DNA of 64,000 nucleotides from Candidatus Dormiibacterota bacterium. GTDB taxonomy: Bacteria; Chloroflexota; Dormibacteria; Aeolococcales; Aeolococcaceae. The notes beneath the pieces were generated by a model. It was not told the origin of the DNA. It worked only from the letters and a program-made list of their open reading frames with translations, and ran no database searches. This document shows positions 9,162 through 20,077 of the stretch, piece after piece. The stretch is from assembly GCA_963709585.1 (NCBI GenBank), contig CAVPXI010000007.1:448001-512000 (forward strand). The letters run 5' to 3'. A program made the position numbers and the translations under genes. Numbering within the stretch: position 1 is the stretch's first letter; each line of letters starts with the position of its first letter.

Positions 9162-10075
9162 GAGCGCTCGTCACCGGCGGCGCCGGCTTCATCGGCTCCC
9201 ACATCAGCGACGCGCTCGTCGACGCCGGCCACGCCGTGACCGTGATCGACGACCTGTCCCGGGGCAGGCGCGAGCAGGTCAATGCGGGTGCGACCTTCGT
9301 CGAGCTCGACATCACGACGCCGGAGCTTGCAGCCGCGTTCGCCGAGGCACGTCCCGACGTGGTCTTTCACGCAGCCGCGCAGATCGATGTCCGCGAATCG
9401 GTGCGCAACCCGCTGCACGATGCCGAGGTCAATGTCGTCGGCACCGTCAACGTCCTGCGAGCGGCGATCGACGCCGGGGCGCGCCGGGTCGTGTTCGCGT
9501 CGAGTGGAGGGGCGATCTACGGCGACACCGAGGTGATCCCGACACCCGAGGATCACCCACGCCGTCCCGAGTCACCGTACGGCACTGCGAAGCTGTGCGC
9601 CGAGGAATACGGCGGCACCTTCAGCCGTCAGGCAGGCCTCGAGTTCGTGGCGCTCCGCTATGCCAACGTCTATGGACCGCGCCAGGATCCCCACGGTGAG
9701 GCGGGCGTGGTCGCCATCTTCGCGACCCGGCTCGTGCACGGAGAACCGGTGGTCATCAACGGCGATGGAACGCAGACGCGCGACTATGTCCACGTCCATG
9801 ACGTGGTGCGCGCCAATATCGCGGCCGTCGATGGGCCGACCGGCGTCTACAACATCGGCACCGGCGTCGAGACCGACGTGAACACGCTGTACCGGATGCT
9901 CGCGGCTGCGTCGGGAGTCAGCGCGAGTGCCGAACACGGCCCCGCCAAACCGGGTGAGCAGCGCCGTTCGTGCCTCGACACCAAGAGCACGCGCGAGCGC
10001 CTCGCCTGGAGCGCGGTGATCGGTTTCGACGAAGGCGTGAGGTCGACTCTCGAGTACTTCAGGAGCGCGGGCTAG
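9158..10075 (+). CDS. NAD-dependent epimerase/dehydratase (UDP-glucose 4-epimerase-like)
   Basis: VTGGAGFIGS, SSGGAIYG, YGTAK and RYANVYGPRQ; GTGA overlap with the upstream gene. Confidence 0.92.
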   Translation: MRALVTGGAGFIGSHISDALVDAGHAVTVIDDLSRGRREQVNAGATFVELDITTPELAAAFAEARPDVVFHAAAQIDVRESVRNPLHDAEVNVVGTVNVLRAAIDAGARRVVFASSGGAIYGDTEVIPTPEDHPRRPESPYGTAKLCAEEYGGTFSRQAGLEFVALRYANVYGPRQDPHGEAGVVAIFATRLVHGEPVVINGDGTQTRDYVHVHDVVRANIAAVDGPTGVYNIGTGVETDVNTLYRMLAAASGVSASAEHGPAKPGEQRRSCLDTKSTRERLAWSAVIGFDEGVRSTLEYFRSAG

Positions 10076-10512
10076 TCGTCCAGCTGCGAGCGGGCGCGCT
10101 CCAGGTTCGCTGAGCCGCGACTGCGCAGCGTCGTTCCGGCGTCACGCAGTGCATCGTCAGCGGCGTACCCGGGCGCTTCCGCCAGCCGCGCCGACCAGCC
10201 CAGCTCGTCGACAGCAAGCCCGAGCGCGGTCCGTGCCTCGTCGAGCGTAGGGTCGACGGGCACCGCGGCGATCCTCTCGAGCGCCTGCGCACACCCGTCC
10301 AGCATGCGTCGGATCGCGTGCGGCGCACTCGTCTCGTCACCGGATCCCGGCCCTCCGTCGAGCGCCTGCGCGGCCTCGGTCGCGGTGCCGAGCACCGCCA
10401 CCAGGACGGCACGCGGGTTCACCTCGGCGGTGGCGCCCGCTCCCATCATTCGATAGGCGCCGAGCAGGAACAGCACCACCGCCAGCGCGGCGATGACGTA
10501 GATCGCCGTCAC
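10072..10512 (-). CDS. Hypothetical protein with N-terminal TM helix
   Basis: Hydrophobic N-terminus; fits between the epimerase gene and infA. Confidence 0.6.
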   Translation of the reverse strand: MTAIYVIAALAVVLFLLGAYRMMGAGATAEVNPRAVLVAVLGTATEAAQALDGGPGSGDETSAPHAIRRMLDGCAQALERIAAVPVDPTLDEARTALGLAVDELGWSARLAEAPGYAADDALRDAGTTLRSRGSANLERARSQLDD

Positions 10513-10528
10513 AGCCGGTCTCCGCCGG

Positions 10529-10834
10529 TTACTTGTAGCGGAAGGTGATGCGCCCGCGCGAGAGGTCGTATGGGCTCAGCTCGACGCGCACCCGGTCCCC
10601 GATGAGAATGCGGATGTAGAACTTGCGCATCTTTCCCGATGTGTAGGCGAGCACATCCTGGCCCGTCTGCAAGCGCACCTTGAACATCGCGTTGGGCAGC
10701 GGCTCGACGACCGTCGCGTCCATCTCGATGGTCTCTTCCTTGACGTCGACCTGGGCGGTGCCGTCGGTGACGTCCCGTCTGCGGACGGGGCCGCGCCGGC
10801 GGGTACCACCGGGACGGGGCGGGCGTCGTGCCAA
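10529..10834 (-). CDS. infA: Translation initiation factor IF-1 with Arg-rich N-terminal extension
   Basis: KEETIEM...[10 protein letters not shown]...[45 protein letters not shown] 7 nt before the TTG at 10834. Confidence 0.92.
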   Translation of the reverse strand: MARRPPRPGGTRRRGPVRRRDVTDGTAQVDVKEETIEMDATVVEPLPNAMFKVRLQTGQDVLAYTSGKMRKFYIRILIGDRVRVELSPYDLSRGRITFRYK

Positions 10835-10907
10835 ACAGGGTCTCCTCGAAGCTGATCGGGCGGTTGGCGAGCGTATCACGGAGCCGTTCCCTGGTAACGT
10901 CATCTCG

Positions 10908-13900
10908 ATGGCGGCCCGAGATCGATCCCCGTTCCTCGATGCGCTGCGTGAGCGCGTGCTCGTCTTCGACGGCGCTATGGGGACCAGCCTTCAGTCGGAG
11001 AACCCCGGAGTCGACGCTTTCGGCGGTGCCAGGCTGGAAGGATGGATGGACGGTCTTGCCATCCATGCGCCGCAGGTCGTCGAGCGCGTGCACCGGAGCT
11101 TCCTCGACGCCGGCTGCGACGTCATCGAGACCTGCACGTTCCAGGCAACCCGTCCGCGGCTCGAGGAGTGGGGGCAGGGCGAGGTCACCGTTGACCTCAA
11201 TGTGTCCGCCGCCCGCCTCGCCCGAAGGATCGCGGACGAGTACGCCGCCGACGGCCGCCCGCGCTTCGTCGCGGGCAGCATGGGCCCCACCGGATTCCTG
11301 CCCGCGTCGAGCGATCCGGCGATGAGCCGGCTCGGGTTCGGCGACCTGGTGCCGGTGTATCGCGAGCAGGCCGCATCGCTCATCGAGGGCGGCGTCGACG
11401 TGCTGATCATCGAGACGCAGCAGGACATCCTCGAGACCAAAGCGGCAGTCTTCGGCGCGCGCGCCGCGGCCGCCGCGGCGGATCGCCCGGTCGCGATCAT
11501 GACCACGGTGTCGCTCGACGTCACGGGGCGGATGCTGCTCGGAACCGACGCCGCCGCGGTGCTCGCAGTCCTCGAGTCCCTGCACGTCGACGTCATCGGA
11601 TTCAACTGCTCGACCGGTCCGGAGCACATGCGTGAACCGATCCGATACATCACGTCGCACACCGCGCTGCCGGTCGCGTGCATCCCCAACGCGGGGCTGC
11701 CGATCAACGTCGAGGGCCGCGCGCACTACCCGCTCGAACCGAAACCGATGGCGACCGAGCTGTCGAGCTTCGTCAGCGAGTACGGTGTCAGCATCGTCGG
11801 CGGGTGCTGCGGCTCCACTCCCGAGCACATCCGCGAGTTGGTGGCGCGCGTCGGCGCGGCGTCGCGCGCGCACCCGACGCCTGACGTTGAACCGCGCCTG
11901 GCGAGCAGCATGCACGCCATCGATCTGCGCCAGCAGCCCGCTCCACTGCTCATCGGCGAACGCGTCAACGCCCAGGGGTCCCGCGCGATCAAGCGTCTTC
12001 TCCTCGCCGACGACTACGACGGCATCCTCGGCATCGCCAGAACGCAGGTGGAAGGCGGCGCCCACGCCCTCGACCTGTGCGTCGCGGTCACCGAGCGCAG
12101 CGACGAGGCGGAGCAGATGCGGACCGTCGTGAAGACCCTGCAGATGAGCATCGACGCCCCGCTGGTCATCGACAGCACCGATGCCGATGTCATCAAGGCG
12201 GCGCTCGAGGTGTACCCGGGCCGGGGCATCGTGAACAGCGTCAACCTCGAGAACGGACGCGTCCGCTGCGACGCGGTGCTGCCGTCGGTGCGTGACCACG
12301 GCGCGTGCGTGATCGCGCTGACCATCGACGAGCAGGGAATGGCGCGCACCGCGGAACGCAAGGTCGAGATCGCGCGCCGCATCCATGATCTCGCCCGCGA
12401 CGACTTCGACCTGACGCCCGACCAGCTGATCTTCGATGCGCTCACCTTCACGCTCGCCACCGGCGAGGCCGAGTGGATCGACTCGGCGCACGAGACCATC
12501 GAGGGCATCCGCGCCATCAAACGCGAGCTGCCCGGTGTGCTCACCGTGCTCGGCGTGTCCAACGTCTCGTTCGGCCTCGCGCCGCACACGCGCCCGGTGC
12601 TCAACAGCGTCTTCCTGCACCACTGCGTCGAAGCAGGGCTCGACGCCGCGATCATCAATCCGACCCACGTCGTCCCGTACGGTGAGATCGAGCCAGACGC
12701 TCGCCGTCTCGCCGAGGAGCTGGTGTTCAACAGCGCACCCGACGCGCTCACCCGGTTCATCGCGCATTTCGACGACGGTGCCTCGGCGGGCGGCGCCGGT
12801 CTTCCCGAAACCGCCGATCCGTACGAGGGGATGTCGACCGTGGAGCGCATCCACGCGCAGATCCTCCACCGGCGCAAGGACGGCATCGAGGATCAGATCG
12901 ACCTTGCGTTGCTGGAGCTGGACGCCGTGACCGTCCTGAACACGGTGCTCCTGCCCGCGATGAAGGATGTCGGCGACCGGTTCGGCTCCGGCGAGCTCAT
13001 CCTGCCCTTTGTGCTGCAGAGCGCGGAGGTGATGAAGCGTGCGGTCGCGCATCTCGAGCAGTATCTGGAAAAACGCGAGGGCTACACCAAGGGCAAGGTG
13101 GTGCTCGCGACCGTCTATGGCGACGTGCACGACATCGGCAAGAACCTGGTCAACACCATCCTCAGCAACAACGGCTATACGGTGTTCGACCTCGGCAAGC
13201 AGGTGCCGCTCAACACGATCATCGACAAGGCGCTCGAGGTCGACGCCGACGCGATCGGGCTCTCGGCGCTGCTGGTGAGCACGAGCAAGCAGATGCCGGC
13301 GTGCGTGAAGGAGCTCGACGAGCGCGGCCTGAGCTACCCGCTGATCATCGGTGGTGCAGCGATCAATCGCGGATTCGGCAGACGCATCCTGTACCTCGAC
13401 CAGGAGCGCGCCTACGAACCTGGCGTCTTCTACTGCAAGGACGCGTTCGAAGGGCTGGAAACCGTTGATCAGCTCCTCGATCCGGATCGGCACGACGCGC
13501 TGCTGTCGCGCGTTCTCGAGGAGGCACGCACACATCGGGTGCGCGAGCAGGAGAAGCTCGAGCGCCGCAACGCTGCCGCGGCCGGTGCCGCGGTCATGCC
13601 GGCGCGAAGCACGGTCCGGCGCAACGCCCCGATACCGACGGTGCCGTTCTGGGGCGCGCGCGTGCTCCGCGACATTCCCATCTGGGACGTCTATCCGTTC
13701 ATCGATCGCAACTCGCTCTACAAGATGAGCTGGCAGTTCCGGGGCGTTCGCGACTCCGCCAAATGGGACGAGCTGCTCCGCAGCGAGCTCGAGCCCCGTC
13801 TGCAACGCTCGATGGAGGAAGCGGTGCGCGACGGCTGGCTCAAGCTCGAGGCGGTCTACGGATACTGGCCGGCGCTCGCCGACGGCAACACGGTGGTCGT

Positions 13901-14462
13901 GTACGACCCGGGCGACATCGACGCCGAGCTGGGCCGCTTCACGTTCCCGCGTCAGTCCGAGCAGCACCGTCTCTGCCTCGCGGATTACATCCGCCCCGCC
14001 GAGGATGCAGCCGACGGTGAGCGCGACGTCATCGCGCTCCAGGTGGTGACCACCGGGCCCGGCGCCTCCGAGCTGTCCAATCGCCTGCAGGTCGACGGCT
14101 CCTACGACGACATGCTCCGGATCCACGGCTTCGCCACTCAGATGGCCGAGGCCGCGGCGGAGTATGTCCATCACCGCATCCGCCGTGAGCTGCGCCTCGG
14201 CGAGGACCAGGGGCGCCGCTACTCGTGGGGGTACCCGTCGTGCCCAGACCTCGAGGACCACGAGATCCTGATGCGGATCGTCCCCGCGGCGGAGATCGGG
14301 GTGATGCTCACCGAGGGGTATCAGTTCGTGCCGGAGCAGTCGACGGGCGCCATCGTGATGCACCACCCGGAAGCTCGCTACTTCGCGGTCTACGGCGGCG
14401 CGGCGATCGAGGACGATGCCCCCGGGGCGCCGGAGCCGCTGCTCACCACAGTGGGCGCATAA
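10908..14462 (+). CDS. metH: Cobalamin-dependent methionine synthase
   Basis: [35 protein letters not shown]12 motif and [11 protein letters not shown]. Confidence 0.97.
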   Translation: MAARDRSPFLDALRERVLVFDGAMGTSLQSENPGVDAFGGARLEGWMDGLAIHAPQVVERVHRSFLDAGCDVIETCTFQATRPRLEEWGQGEVTVDLNVSAARLARRIADEYAADGRPRFVAGSMGPTGFLPASSDPAMSRLGFGDLVPVYREQAASLIEGGVDVLIIETQQDILETKAAVFGARAAAAAADRPVAIMTTVSLDVTGRMLLGTDAAAVLAVLESLHVDVIGFNCSTGPEHMREPIRYITSHTALPVACIPNAGLPINVEGRAHYPLEPKPMATELSSFVSEYGVSIVGGCCGSTPEHIRELVARVGAASRAHPTPDVEPRLASSMHAIDLRQQPAPLLIGERVNAQGSRAIKRLLLADDYDGILGIARTQVEGGAHALDLCVAVTERSDEAEQMRTVVKTLQMSIDAPLVIDSTDADVIKAALEVYPGRGIVNSVNLENGRVRCDAVLPSVRDHGACVIALTIDEQGMARTAERKVEIARRIHDLARDDFDLTPDQLIFDALTFTLATGEAEWIDSAHETIEGIRAIKRELPGVLTVLGVSNVSFGLAPHTRPVLNSVFLHHCVEAGLDAAIINPTHVVPYGEIEPDARRLAEELVFNSAPDALTRFIAHFDDGASAGGAGLPETADPYEGMSTVERIHAQILHRRKDGIEDQIDLALLELDAVTVLNTVLLPAMKDVGDRFGSGELILPFVLQSAEVMKRAVAHLEQYLEKREGYTKGKVVLATVYGDVHDIGKNLVNTILSNNGYTVFDLGKQVPLNTIIDKALEVDADAIGLSALLVSTSKQMPACVKELDERGLSYPLIIGGAAINRGFGRRILYLDQERAYEPGVFYCKDAFEGLETVDQLLDPDRHDALLSRVLEEARTHRVREQEKLERRNAAAAGAAVMPARSTVRRNAPIPTVPFWGARVLRDIPIWDVYPFIDRNSLYKMSWQFRGVRDSAKWDELLRSELEPRLQRSMEEAVRDGWLKLEAVYGYWPALADGNTVVVYDPGDIDAELGRFTFPRQSEQHRLCLADYIRPAEDAADGERDVIALQVVTTGPGASELSNRLQVDGSYDDMLRIHGFATQMAEAAAEYVHHRIRRELRLGEDQGRRYSWGYPSCPDLEDHEILMRIVPAAEIGVMLTEGYQFVPEQSTGAIVMHHPEARYFAVYGGAAIEDDAPGAPEPLLTTVGA

Positions 14463-14470
14463 CCAAGACC

Positions 14471-14486
14471 GTCACGACCGTGTGAC
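14471..14486. promoter_or_regulatory. GTCAC-N6-GTGAC box upstream of the GT87-like gene
   Basis: Seen directly; 21 nt upstream of a CAGAAT -10-like hexamer. Confidence 0.4.
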
Positions 14487-14526
14487 CGCACCGCGGGGGA
14501 CCGAGGGCAGAATCGGTCAGGAGCTC

Positions 14527-15822
14527 ATGTCTGACGCTGATCTGTCCGGTCCGATGCCAGCCCCGCGCCGGATTGGCTCGCGAGGCACGCTGCTGTCGGG
14601 CAGGGCGACCTTGATTGCCGCGGTGTGCACGGTGCTGGTCGCTGTCGCGCTCGCAAATTGGATCGTGCAGATTCCAGGAAACGCCGCGCACACGGATTTC
14701 GCCGCGTCGTACGCGAGCGCAGCGCTGTTTCGCGAGGGTCACGCCGCGATCATGTTCGACCCCGTCGCGCAGTCAGATGTGCTCCATGCCGCCGGCGGTG
14801 GCGCCTCGTCAACCACCTCGCCCGCGGCCCTGACGCCCGCGGCGATTCTCGTGCTGGTGCCGTTCACCGCGCTCCCGCTCTGGCTCGCCTCCCTGCTGTG
14901 GTCGTTGCTGCAGGTGGTGCTCCTCGGTCTCGCGGCGCTGGTTGCGACGCGGGCCGCCCCCTGGCCGGCGCAGACCTTCAGGAGTACCCGCGCGATCGTC
15001 GCCGTCGCGGCGATGTGCGGGGGCGGTACGTTGATGCTGCTCCCGCTGAACCAGTGGGATGGCATCGCGGCGGCTGCTTTGGCACTGACCTATGCCGACC
15101 TGCGTCGGGGTCACGATCACCGAGCCATGCTGTGGCTCACCGTCGGTCTGCTTGTTGGCAAGCCGCACCTGGGGATCGGCCTTGCGCTCTTCCTGGTGGC
15201 TCGGCGCCCTCTGTCGATCGTCTCGGGTGCGATCGCCGCGGCGGTCGTCGGCGGGATGACGATCCTGTTGGTACCGCTTGCGGCAATTGGTCAGTGGGTC
15301 GGCACCATCGTGCATGTCTCCGGCCTGTATCCCGCCTCATCGACAATCGGGATGAGCGGCCTCGTGGGCTCGTTCCTGGAAGCCGGCGCAACGTCCAGCG
15401 CGCTCGGATACGCGCTCGCCGCTACCGCTTCGCTCGGCTGCGTCGTCCTGGGGCGACAGGCCCGGAACCGGTTGCGAGGACACGCGACTGGGATGGATCC
15501 CCTCTTTCTTGGGGTGACGCTGCTCAGTCTGTTGATCGCACCGCACGTGTTCCCCTACGACCTGGTCCTGCTGATCCCGGGATTCATCGGATGCGTCGCC
15601 TGGGCGACGGCCAACGACGCGGGCGCATCGTGGCCCGGCACGCGTGCCCTGTTAGCGCTCGGCGCATGGGCCACGGTCGCGCTCATCTGTTTTGCGATGA
15701 TCTCGCCGCCGGGAAGCTACCGACCGATCGTCTTGCTCCCCATGTTCCTGTTGGGCTGCGCGCTCGCCTGCATTGCCGCGGCGCGGCAGCACCGGGTTCG
15801 GTTTCGAGTGGGTGACAGCTAA
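14527..15822 (+). CDS. Glycosyltransferase family 87 / DUF2029-like integral membrane protein
   Basis: TDFAASYAS luminal motif, NQWD, GKPHLG and PHVFPYDLVLL; multiple TM helices; AGGAG RBS. Confidence 0.75.
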   Translation: MSDADLSGPMPAPRRIGSRGTLLSGRATLIAAVCTVLVAVALANWIVQIPGNAAHTDFAASYASAALFREGHAAIMFDPVAQSDVLHAAGGGASSTTSPAALTPAAILVLVPFTALPLWLASLLWSLLQVVLLGLAALVATRAAPWPAQTFRSTRAIVAVAAMCGGGTLMLLPLNQWDGIAAAALALTYADLRRGHDHRAMLWLTVGLLVGKPHLGIGLALFLVARRPLSIVSGAIAAAVVGGMTILLVPLAAIGQWVGTIVHVSGLYPASSTIGMSGLVGSFLEAGATSSALGYALAATASLGCVVLGRQARNRLRGHATGMDPLFLGVTLLSLLIAPHVFPYDLVLLIPGFIGCVAWATANDAGASWPGTRALLALGAWATVALICFAMISPPGSYRPIVLLPMFLLGCALACIAAARQHRVRFRVGDS

Positions 15823-15856
15823 GGAGAGGCACGCGCGGCCGGCGTACAACCACTCC

Positions 15857-17236
15857 ATGCCAGCGTCACGCTCCGTGATCCGGCGCCTGTTGATGCCCCC
15901 GGCCGATGCCACGGGGAGGCGCATCGCGATCGCCGGTGTCGCCGGGATCCTGCTCACTGCACCGCTGTCGCTTCAGCAATCCGTCGCGCCGCATCCGCTG
16001 GTGAGCTGGCTGCTCACATGCTGTGGCGCTGTCCTGGCGGTCATCTGTCTTCGGCCCTCATGGACCCCTCGGGTGATCGTCGCGCGCAGTGCAATCGTCG
16101 TCTGCATCGTGTTCTGCGCCGTGTCGGGCATTCTCGGAATCTCGCAGACGGTGGGCGCACTGCAGCGATCGGACCAGCAGCTGCTGTGCAGTGACGACGT
16201 CGCCCCGGACACCGTCGTCGGCGCTCAGGAAGTGATCCACGGCGTCGACCCCTACACCGCGTTCAACGTCCTCGAGGCGGAAAGAAAACTCGGATGTCCG
16301 GCCTACTCGGTGACTCCGCTGCGTTCTGGCATCTTCGCCTCCCTCGTGGCTCCGCCGACGGCGGCGCAGATCGAGCCGGCGGCAGCGGCGGCGGCGTTGG
16401 GGCACCCGATCGGTGGGTTGCTCGTCGGCTTCAATTACCCCGCCGGAACGGCGCTGCTCGGTGTGCTCGGCGGTCACGGGCTGGTGCTCGTTTCCCCGCT
16501 CGCGCTCCTCCTCGCCGGGCTGGTCATCGCTCGACGAGCTGAGCCGTCGGCGCGTCGTGTGACGATCCTGGCACTCGGTGCGCAAGCAGGGCTGCTCGCC
16601 GTGGTCGGTAACGCACGCGTCGATCTCCTGGTAGCCGCACTGCTCATGGTCGCGGTGAGCAGGAGGCGCGGGCTGGCGATGGGAATCGCCCTGGGTGTGG
16701 CCTGCGCTATCAAGCAGACCGCGTGGTTCATCGCGCCGGCGCTGCTGGTGTTGGCGCTGCGTGAGGGAAGGGTTCGGGACCCTCGGTATCAGCTCGGCGC
16801 GTTGCTCGCGTTCGCGGCTATCAATCTCCCCTTCATCATCGCGGGCCCTTCGGCGTGGATCGTCGGGGTCATCGCTCCACAGATCCAACCCGAGTTCCCG
16901 CTCGGGTTCGGCCCGGGAGCCGCCGGACAGGCCGGGAGTGGTGTTGTGACGGCGTTCGCGATCCTGATGATCGTCGTCGTCGGCGCGGGAATAGTGGTCT
17001 GCGCGGTCGCACCACGTCGATGGGCGCCGGCGGGTGTCATCGTCTCCAGCCTGGGGCTCTGGGTTGGGCCGCGAAGCCTCGGCTACTACGTCGCGCTGCT
17101 GGGAGTCATCGCCGTTTCCACCGTCATCGGCTCGAATCTCAGGTGTGGCGAGCCTGATCGGGTGGCGGCGCGGGGGGCTGCGCCATCGGAGCCCCTGGCG
17201 ACCAGGATGCGTCGCACCCCAATCAAGACGACATAG
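15857..17236 (+). CDS. GT-C fold (GT87-like) membrane glycosyltransferase
   Basis: SDD..., GVDPY, FNYPAG, AIKQTAW and INLPF motifs; multiple TM helices. Confidence 0.7.
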   Translation: MPASRSVIRRLLMPPADATGRRIAIAGVAGILLTAPLSLQQSVAPHPLVSWLLTCCGAVLAVICLRPSWTPRVIVARSAIVVCIVFCAVSGILGISQTVGALQRSDQQLLCSDDVAPDTVVGAQEVIHGVDPYTAFNVLEAERKLGCPAYSVTPLRSGIFASLVAPPTAAQIEPAAAAAALGHPIGGLLVGFNYPAGTALLGVLGGHGLVLVSPLALLLAGLVIARRAEPSARRVTILALGAQAGLLAVVGNARVDLLVAALLMVAVSRRRGLAMGIALGVACAIKQTAWFIAPALLVLALREGRVRDPRYQLGALLAFAAINLPFIIAGPSAWIVGVIAPQIQPEFPLGFGPGAAGQAGSGVVTAFAILMIVVVGAGIVVCAVAPRRWAPAGVIVSSLGLWVGPRSLGYYVALLGVIAVSTVIGSNLRCGEPDRVAARGAAPSEPLATRMRRTPIKTT

Positions 17237-17305
17237 TCAGGTCGACCAGGGCGGAGACGGCGAGGGGCCCCGCGCCGACAGGACCCGATCAGTCCCGTCC
17301 CGCTC

Positions 17306-17599
17306 CTACTCCACGTAGCGCCGGATGCGGTCGTCCTCGTCACCGTGCTCGCTCTGGTAGAGCACGCACGACTCCGGTTCGGACACGCACGGCGGCACGG
17401 GATGGCGTCCGGTGAACTTGTGGGTCCGCCGGTCGACGTGGCAGTCAGCCTTGTAGCGGGTTAGCAGACCGAACGGACCGGCGCTCTCCTTGATGATCTG
17501 CTCGAGGTACGGGCAGCGGCGGCCACGCGGTCGCGCGGGCGCCGACTGGCGCTGCGGCTCTGGCCGGCCGCGGGGCGGCGGCGGTGGTTCTGCTCGCAT
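17306..17599 (-). CDS. Small hypothetical protein with putative Cys/His metal site
   Basis: RCPYL...DCH...PPC...SCVLY; GAGGGG RBS. Confidence 0.6.
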   Translation of the reverse strand: MRAEPPPPPRGRPEPQRQSAPARPRGRRCPYLEQIIKESAGPFGLLTRYKADCHVDRRTHKFTGRHPVPPCVSEPESCVLYQSEHGDEDDRIRRYVE

Positions 17600-17622
17600 C
17601 GTCCCCTCGAGTGTAGAACTCC

Positions 17623-18012
17623 TTACGGGGCGAGCATCGACTGGATCCGCGACGCGAGTTCCTTGATCTTGAAGGGCTTGGCCAGCGTCTGAACGTTGCC
17701 GTATGCCTCGAGCTGCGGGGCCGTAGAGGAATTCACCAGCGCGCTGACCACCAGCACCTTTGGATCACTGCCGTGATCGGAGCGGATCCGTTCGAGCACC
17801 TCCCTGCCCGAGAGGTCACCCGGCAGCATGAGGTCGAGCAGGACGAGGTCCGGCTGAAACTCCACAAACGCCGCTAGGCCCTCGTCGCCGCTCTTCGCCA
17901 CCTTCACCTCATAGCCCTCCATCGTGCAGAGCAGAGATTCGATGTCGGCGAGCGCGTAGTAGTCCTCGATGATCAGGACTTTCTTCATGGCGGTACTCGT
18001 CGCTGGGCTCAT
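17623..18012 (-). CDS. Single-domain response regulator (REC)
   Basis: VLIIED, DLVLLDLMLP, VVSA and LAKPF. Alternative start at 17988. Confidence 0.9.
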   Translation of the reverse strand: MSPATSTAMKKVLIIEDYYALADIESLLCTMEGYEVKVAKSGDEGLAAFVEFQPDLVLLDLMLPGDLSGREVLERIRSDHGSDPKVLVVSALVNSSTAPQLEAYGNVQTLAKPFKIKELASRIQSMLAP

Positions 18013-18064
18013 TTTGGGGATGCGGCCGAATATAGCACGGGCATTTCGGCCACCCTTGGGGGGT

Positions 18065-18080
18065 GTGACCAAGCCGTCAC
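18065..18080. promoter_or_regulatory. GTGAC-N6-GTCAC box upstream of the response regulator
   Basis: Seen directly in the intergenic region. Confidence 0.35.
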
Positions 18081-18127
18081 CGCGCGACGCATCCTCGGCA
18101 CAAACGACGCCGTCGCCACACCCACGA

Positions 18128-19294
18128 TCAGATCGATCGGTCGATCAGCGTCCCGGTTCCGAGCCCACCACCGCAGCACATCGTCTGCAGGCCGTAGCGC
18201 CCGTCGCGCCGCTCCAGCTCGTGGAGCAGCGTGGTCATGAGCCGCGCCCCGCTGGCGCCGAGCGGGTGGCCGAGCGCGATCGCTCCGCCGTTGACGTTCA
18301 CGCGATCCATGTCGGGATGGTGCTCCCGCTCCCACGCCAGCACCACCGGGGCGAAGGCCTCGTTGACCTCGAACAGATCGATGTCGTCGATCTTCAAGCC
18401 GGATCGTTCCAGGAGCCTGGTCGTGGCCGGGATCGGTCCGGTCAGCATGGTCACCGGGTCGACTCCGACGACCGTCTGCCCGGCGATTCGAGCCCGTGGG
18501 GTGATCCCGAGCGCAGTCGCCCGTTCCAGCGACATCAGGAGCACAGCCGCGGCGCCGTCGGTGATCTGCGAGCTGTTGCCCGCATGCAGAATCCCGTCGG
18601 GTTTGAATGCGGGCTGGAGCGAGGCGAGCGATTCCGCGCTGGTGTCCGGACGGATGCCCTGGTCCTGGCTGATCACCCGGCCGTCGCCGTTGGCTCCGAC
18701 CACGACCGGTGCGATCTCGCGGTCGAACCGGCCATTCGCCTGAGCCTCACCGGCGCGGCGCTGCGAACGCGCTGCGAACACATCCGCCTGCTCGCGAGTG
18801 ATGTGCCACATCTCGGCGATCATCTCGGCCGAGAGGCCCTGGGGGACCAGGTTGTAGACCTCGAGCAGCTCCGGCGGGAAGGGCGTCCCCGGACCCTGGA
18901 ACACGGTCGCGCCCATCGGCACCCGGCTCATGCTCTCGACGCCGGCGGCGATGGTGATGTCGCACACGCCCGACTGGATCAGGTTCGCGGCAAAGTGGAT
19001 CGCCTGCTGCGACGAGCCGCACTGGCGGTCGACGGTGGTCGCGGGCACCTCGACGGGAAATCCCGCGGCGAGCACCGCCTGGCGCGCGATGTTCACCGCC
19101 TGCTCGCCCGTCTGCATCACACACCCGAAGATGACGTCGCCGACCATCGCGGGATCGATCGCTGCCCTGCCCGTCACCTCGCGCAACACGTGCGCAGCGA
19201 GGATGACGGGATGCACGTCGCGAAGATCACCGTTGCGCTGGGTGCCGCGGCCCATCGGGGTTCGCACCGCTTCGACGATCACGACGTCAGTCAT
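18128..19294 (-). CDS. Thiolase (acetyl-CoA C-acyltransferase)
   Basis: RQCGSS, NEAFA, GGAIALGHPLGASG and MCCGGG motifs. Confidence 0.95.
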   Translation of the reverse strand: MTDVVIVEAVRTPMGRGTQRNGDLRDVHPVILAAHVLREVTGRAAIDPAMVGDVIFGCVMQTGEQAVNIARQAVLAAGFPVEVPATTVDRQCGSSQQAIHFAANLIQSGVCDITIAAGVESMSRVPMGATVFQGPGTPFPPELLEVYNLVPQGLSAEMIAEMWHITREQADVFAARSQRRAGEAQANGRFDREIAPVVVGANGDGRVISQDQGIRPDTSAESLASLQPAFKPDGILHAGNSSQITDGAAAVLLMSLERATALGITPRARIAGQTVVGVDPVTMLTGPIPATTRLLERSGLKIDDIDLFEVNEAFAPVVLAWEREHHPDMDRVNVNGGAIALGHPLGASGARLMTTLLHELERRDGRYGLQTMCCGGGLGTGTLIDRSI

Positions 19295-19304
19295 GTTCCA
19301 CCTG

Positions 19305-20063
19305 TTATCTGGTCGGACCGCCAACGTTAGCAGCGGGAGCGACGCCGGCAGCCGCAGCGACGAAGCCGGCGAAGAGCCGGCGCGCCCAGTCGCGCTCGAG
19401 ATAGAGCTCCTCCGGGTGGCACTGCAGTGCGACCACAAATCGCCGCCGCGGGTGCTCGACCGCCTCGACGAGACCGTCGTGCGCACGAGCGGTCACCACG
19501 AGGTCGCGACCGAGATTGCGCAGCGCCTGGTGATGCATGCTGTTGACATCGACGATCTGCGCGCCGGCGATCGCGCGCAACCGGGTGTCGGGAGCCACGT
19601 CGATGTTGTGCGTGAGCTCCTGACGAGAGCCGTCCTGGGAATGGTTGTGCTCGGTCGCGCCCTGCGTGCCGACGTCCTGCCACAGCGTTCCCCCAAGGGC
19701 GACATTGAGCACCTGCGCGCCCCGGCAGATGGCGAGGACCGGCTTGTCGGCGTCGAGCGCCCACCGTGCGAGCAGCATCTCCGCACGGTCGAGCTCCTCG
19801 TCCACCTCAACCGCGCAGTCCGCGCGCGTCTCCTCTCCGTAGAGCGCCGGGTCGACGTCGGGACCACCCGGGAGGCACAGGCCGTCGCAGAGATCGAAGA
19901 GCTCGCGCAGTCGCGACTCGGACAGCGATGCGCTGATCCCGAGCGGAGTGCCGCCCGCGCCTTCCAGTGCGTCGAAGTACGCACGGTTGCGCGCGAGGTC
20001 TGCTGAGAGACCCTTTTCGTGGAGCACGCGCAGGGTGATGCCGATCACCGGGGATCGTGTCAT
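19305..20063 (-). CDS. Gamma-glutamyl-gamma-aminobutyrate hydrolase family (peptidase C26, PuuD-like)
   Basis: PGGPDVDP, ICRGAQ, VNSMHHQ and QCHPE. Confidence 0.9.
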   Translation of the reverse strand: MTRSPVIGITLRVLHEKGLSADLARNRAYFDALEGAGGTPLGISASLSESRLRELFDLCDGLCLPGGPDVDPALYGEETRADCAVEVDEELDRAEMLLARWALDADKPVLAICRGAQVLNVALGGTLWQDVGTQGATEHNHSQDGSRQELTHNIDVAPDTRLRAIAGAQIVDVNSMHHQALRNLGRDLVVTARAHDGLVEAVEHPRRRFVVALQCHPEELYLERDWARRLFAGFVAAAAGVAPAANVGGPTR

Positions 20064-20077
20064 GTCAGTCCTTGTAA

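Noticed and set aside
10509-14366. 1285-aa minus-strand ORF, and many similar long antisense ORFs (e.g. 26330-28789, 46118-48259)
   Set aside because: Shadow frames of real high-GC genes (metH, hom, cca) with no recognisable motifs.
18064-18081. CRP-type site TGTGA...TCAC
   Set aside because: The spacer is 8 nt rather than 6, so I treated it as a GTnAC-N6-GTnAC box.
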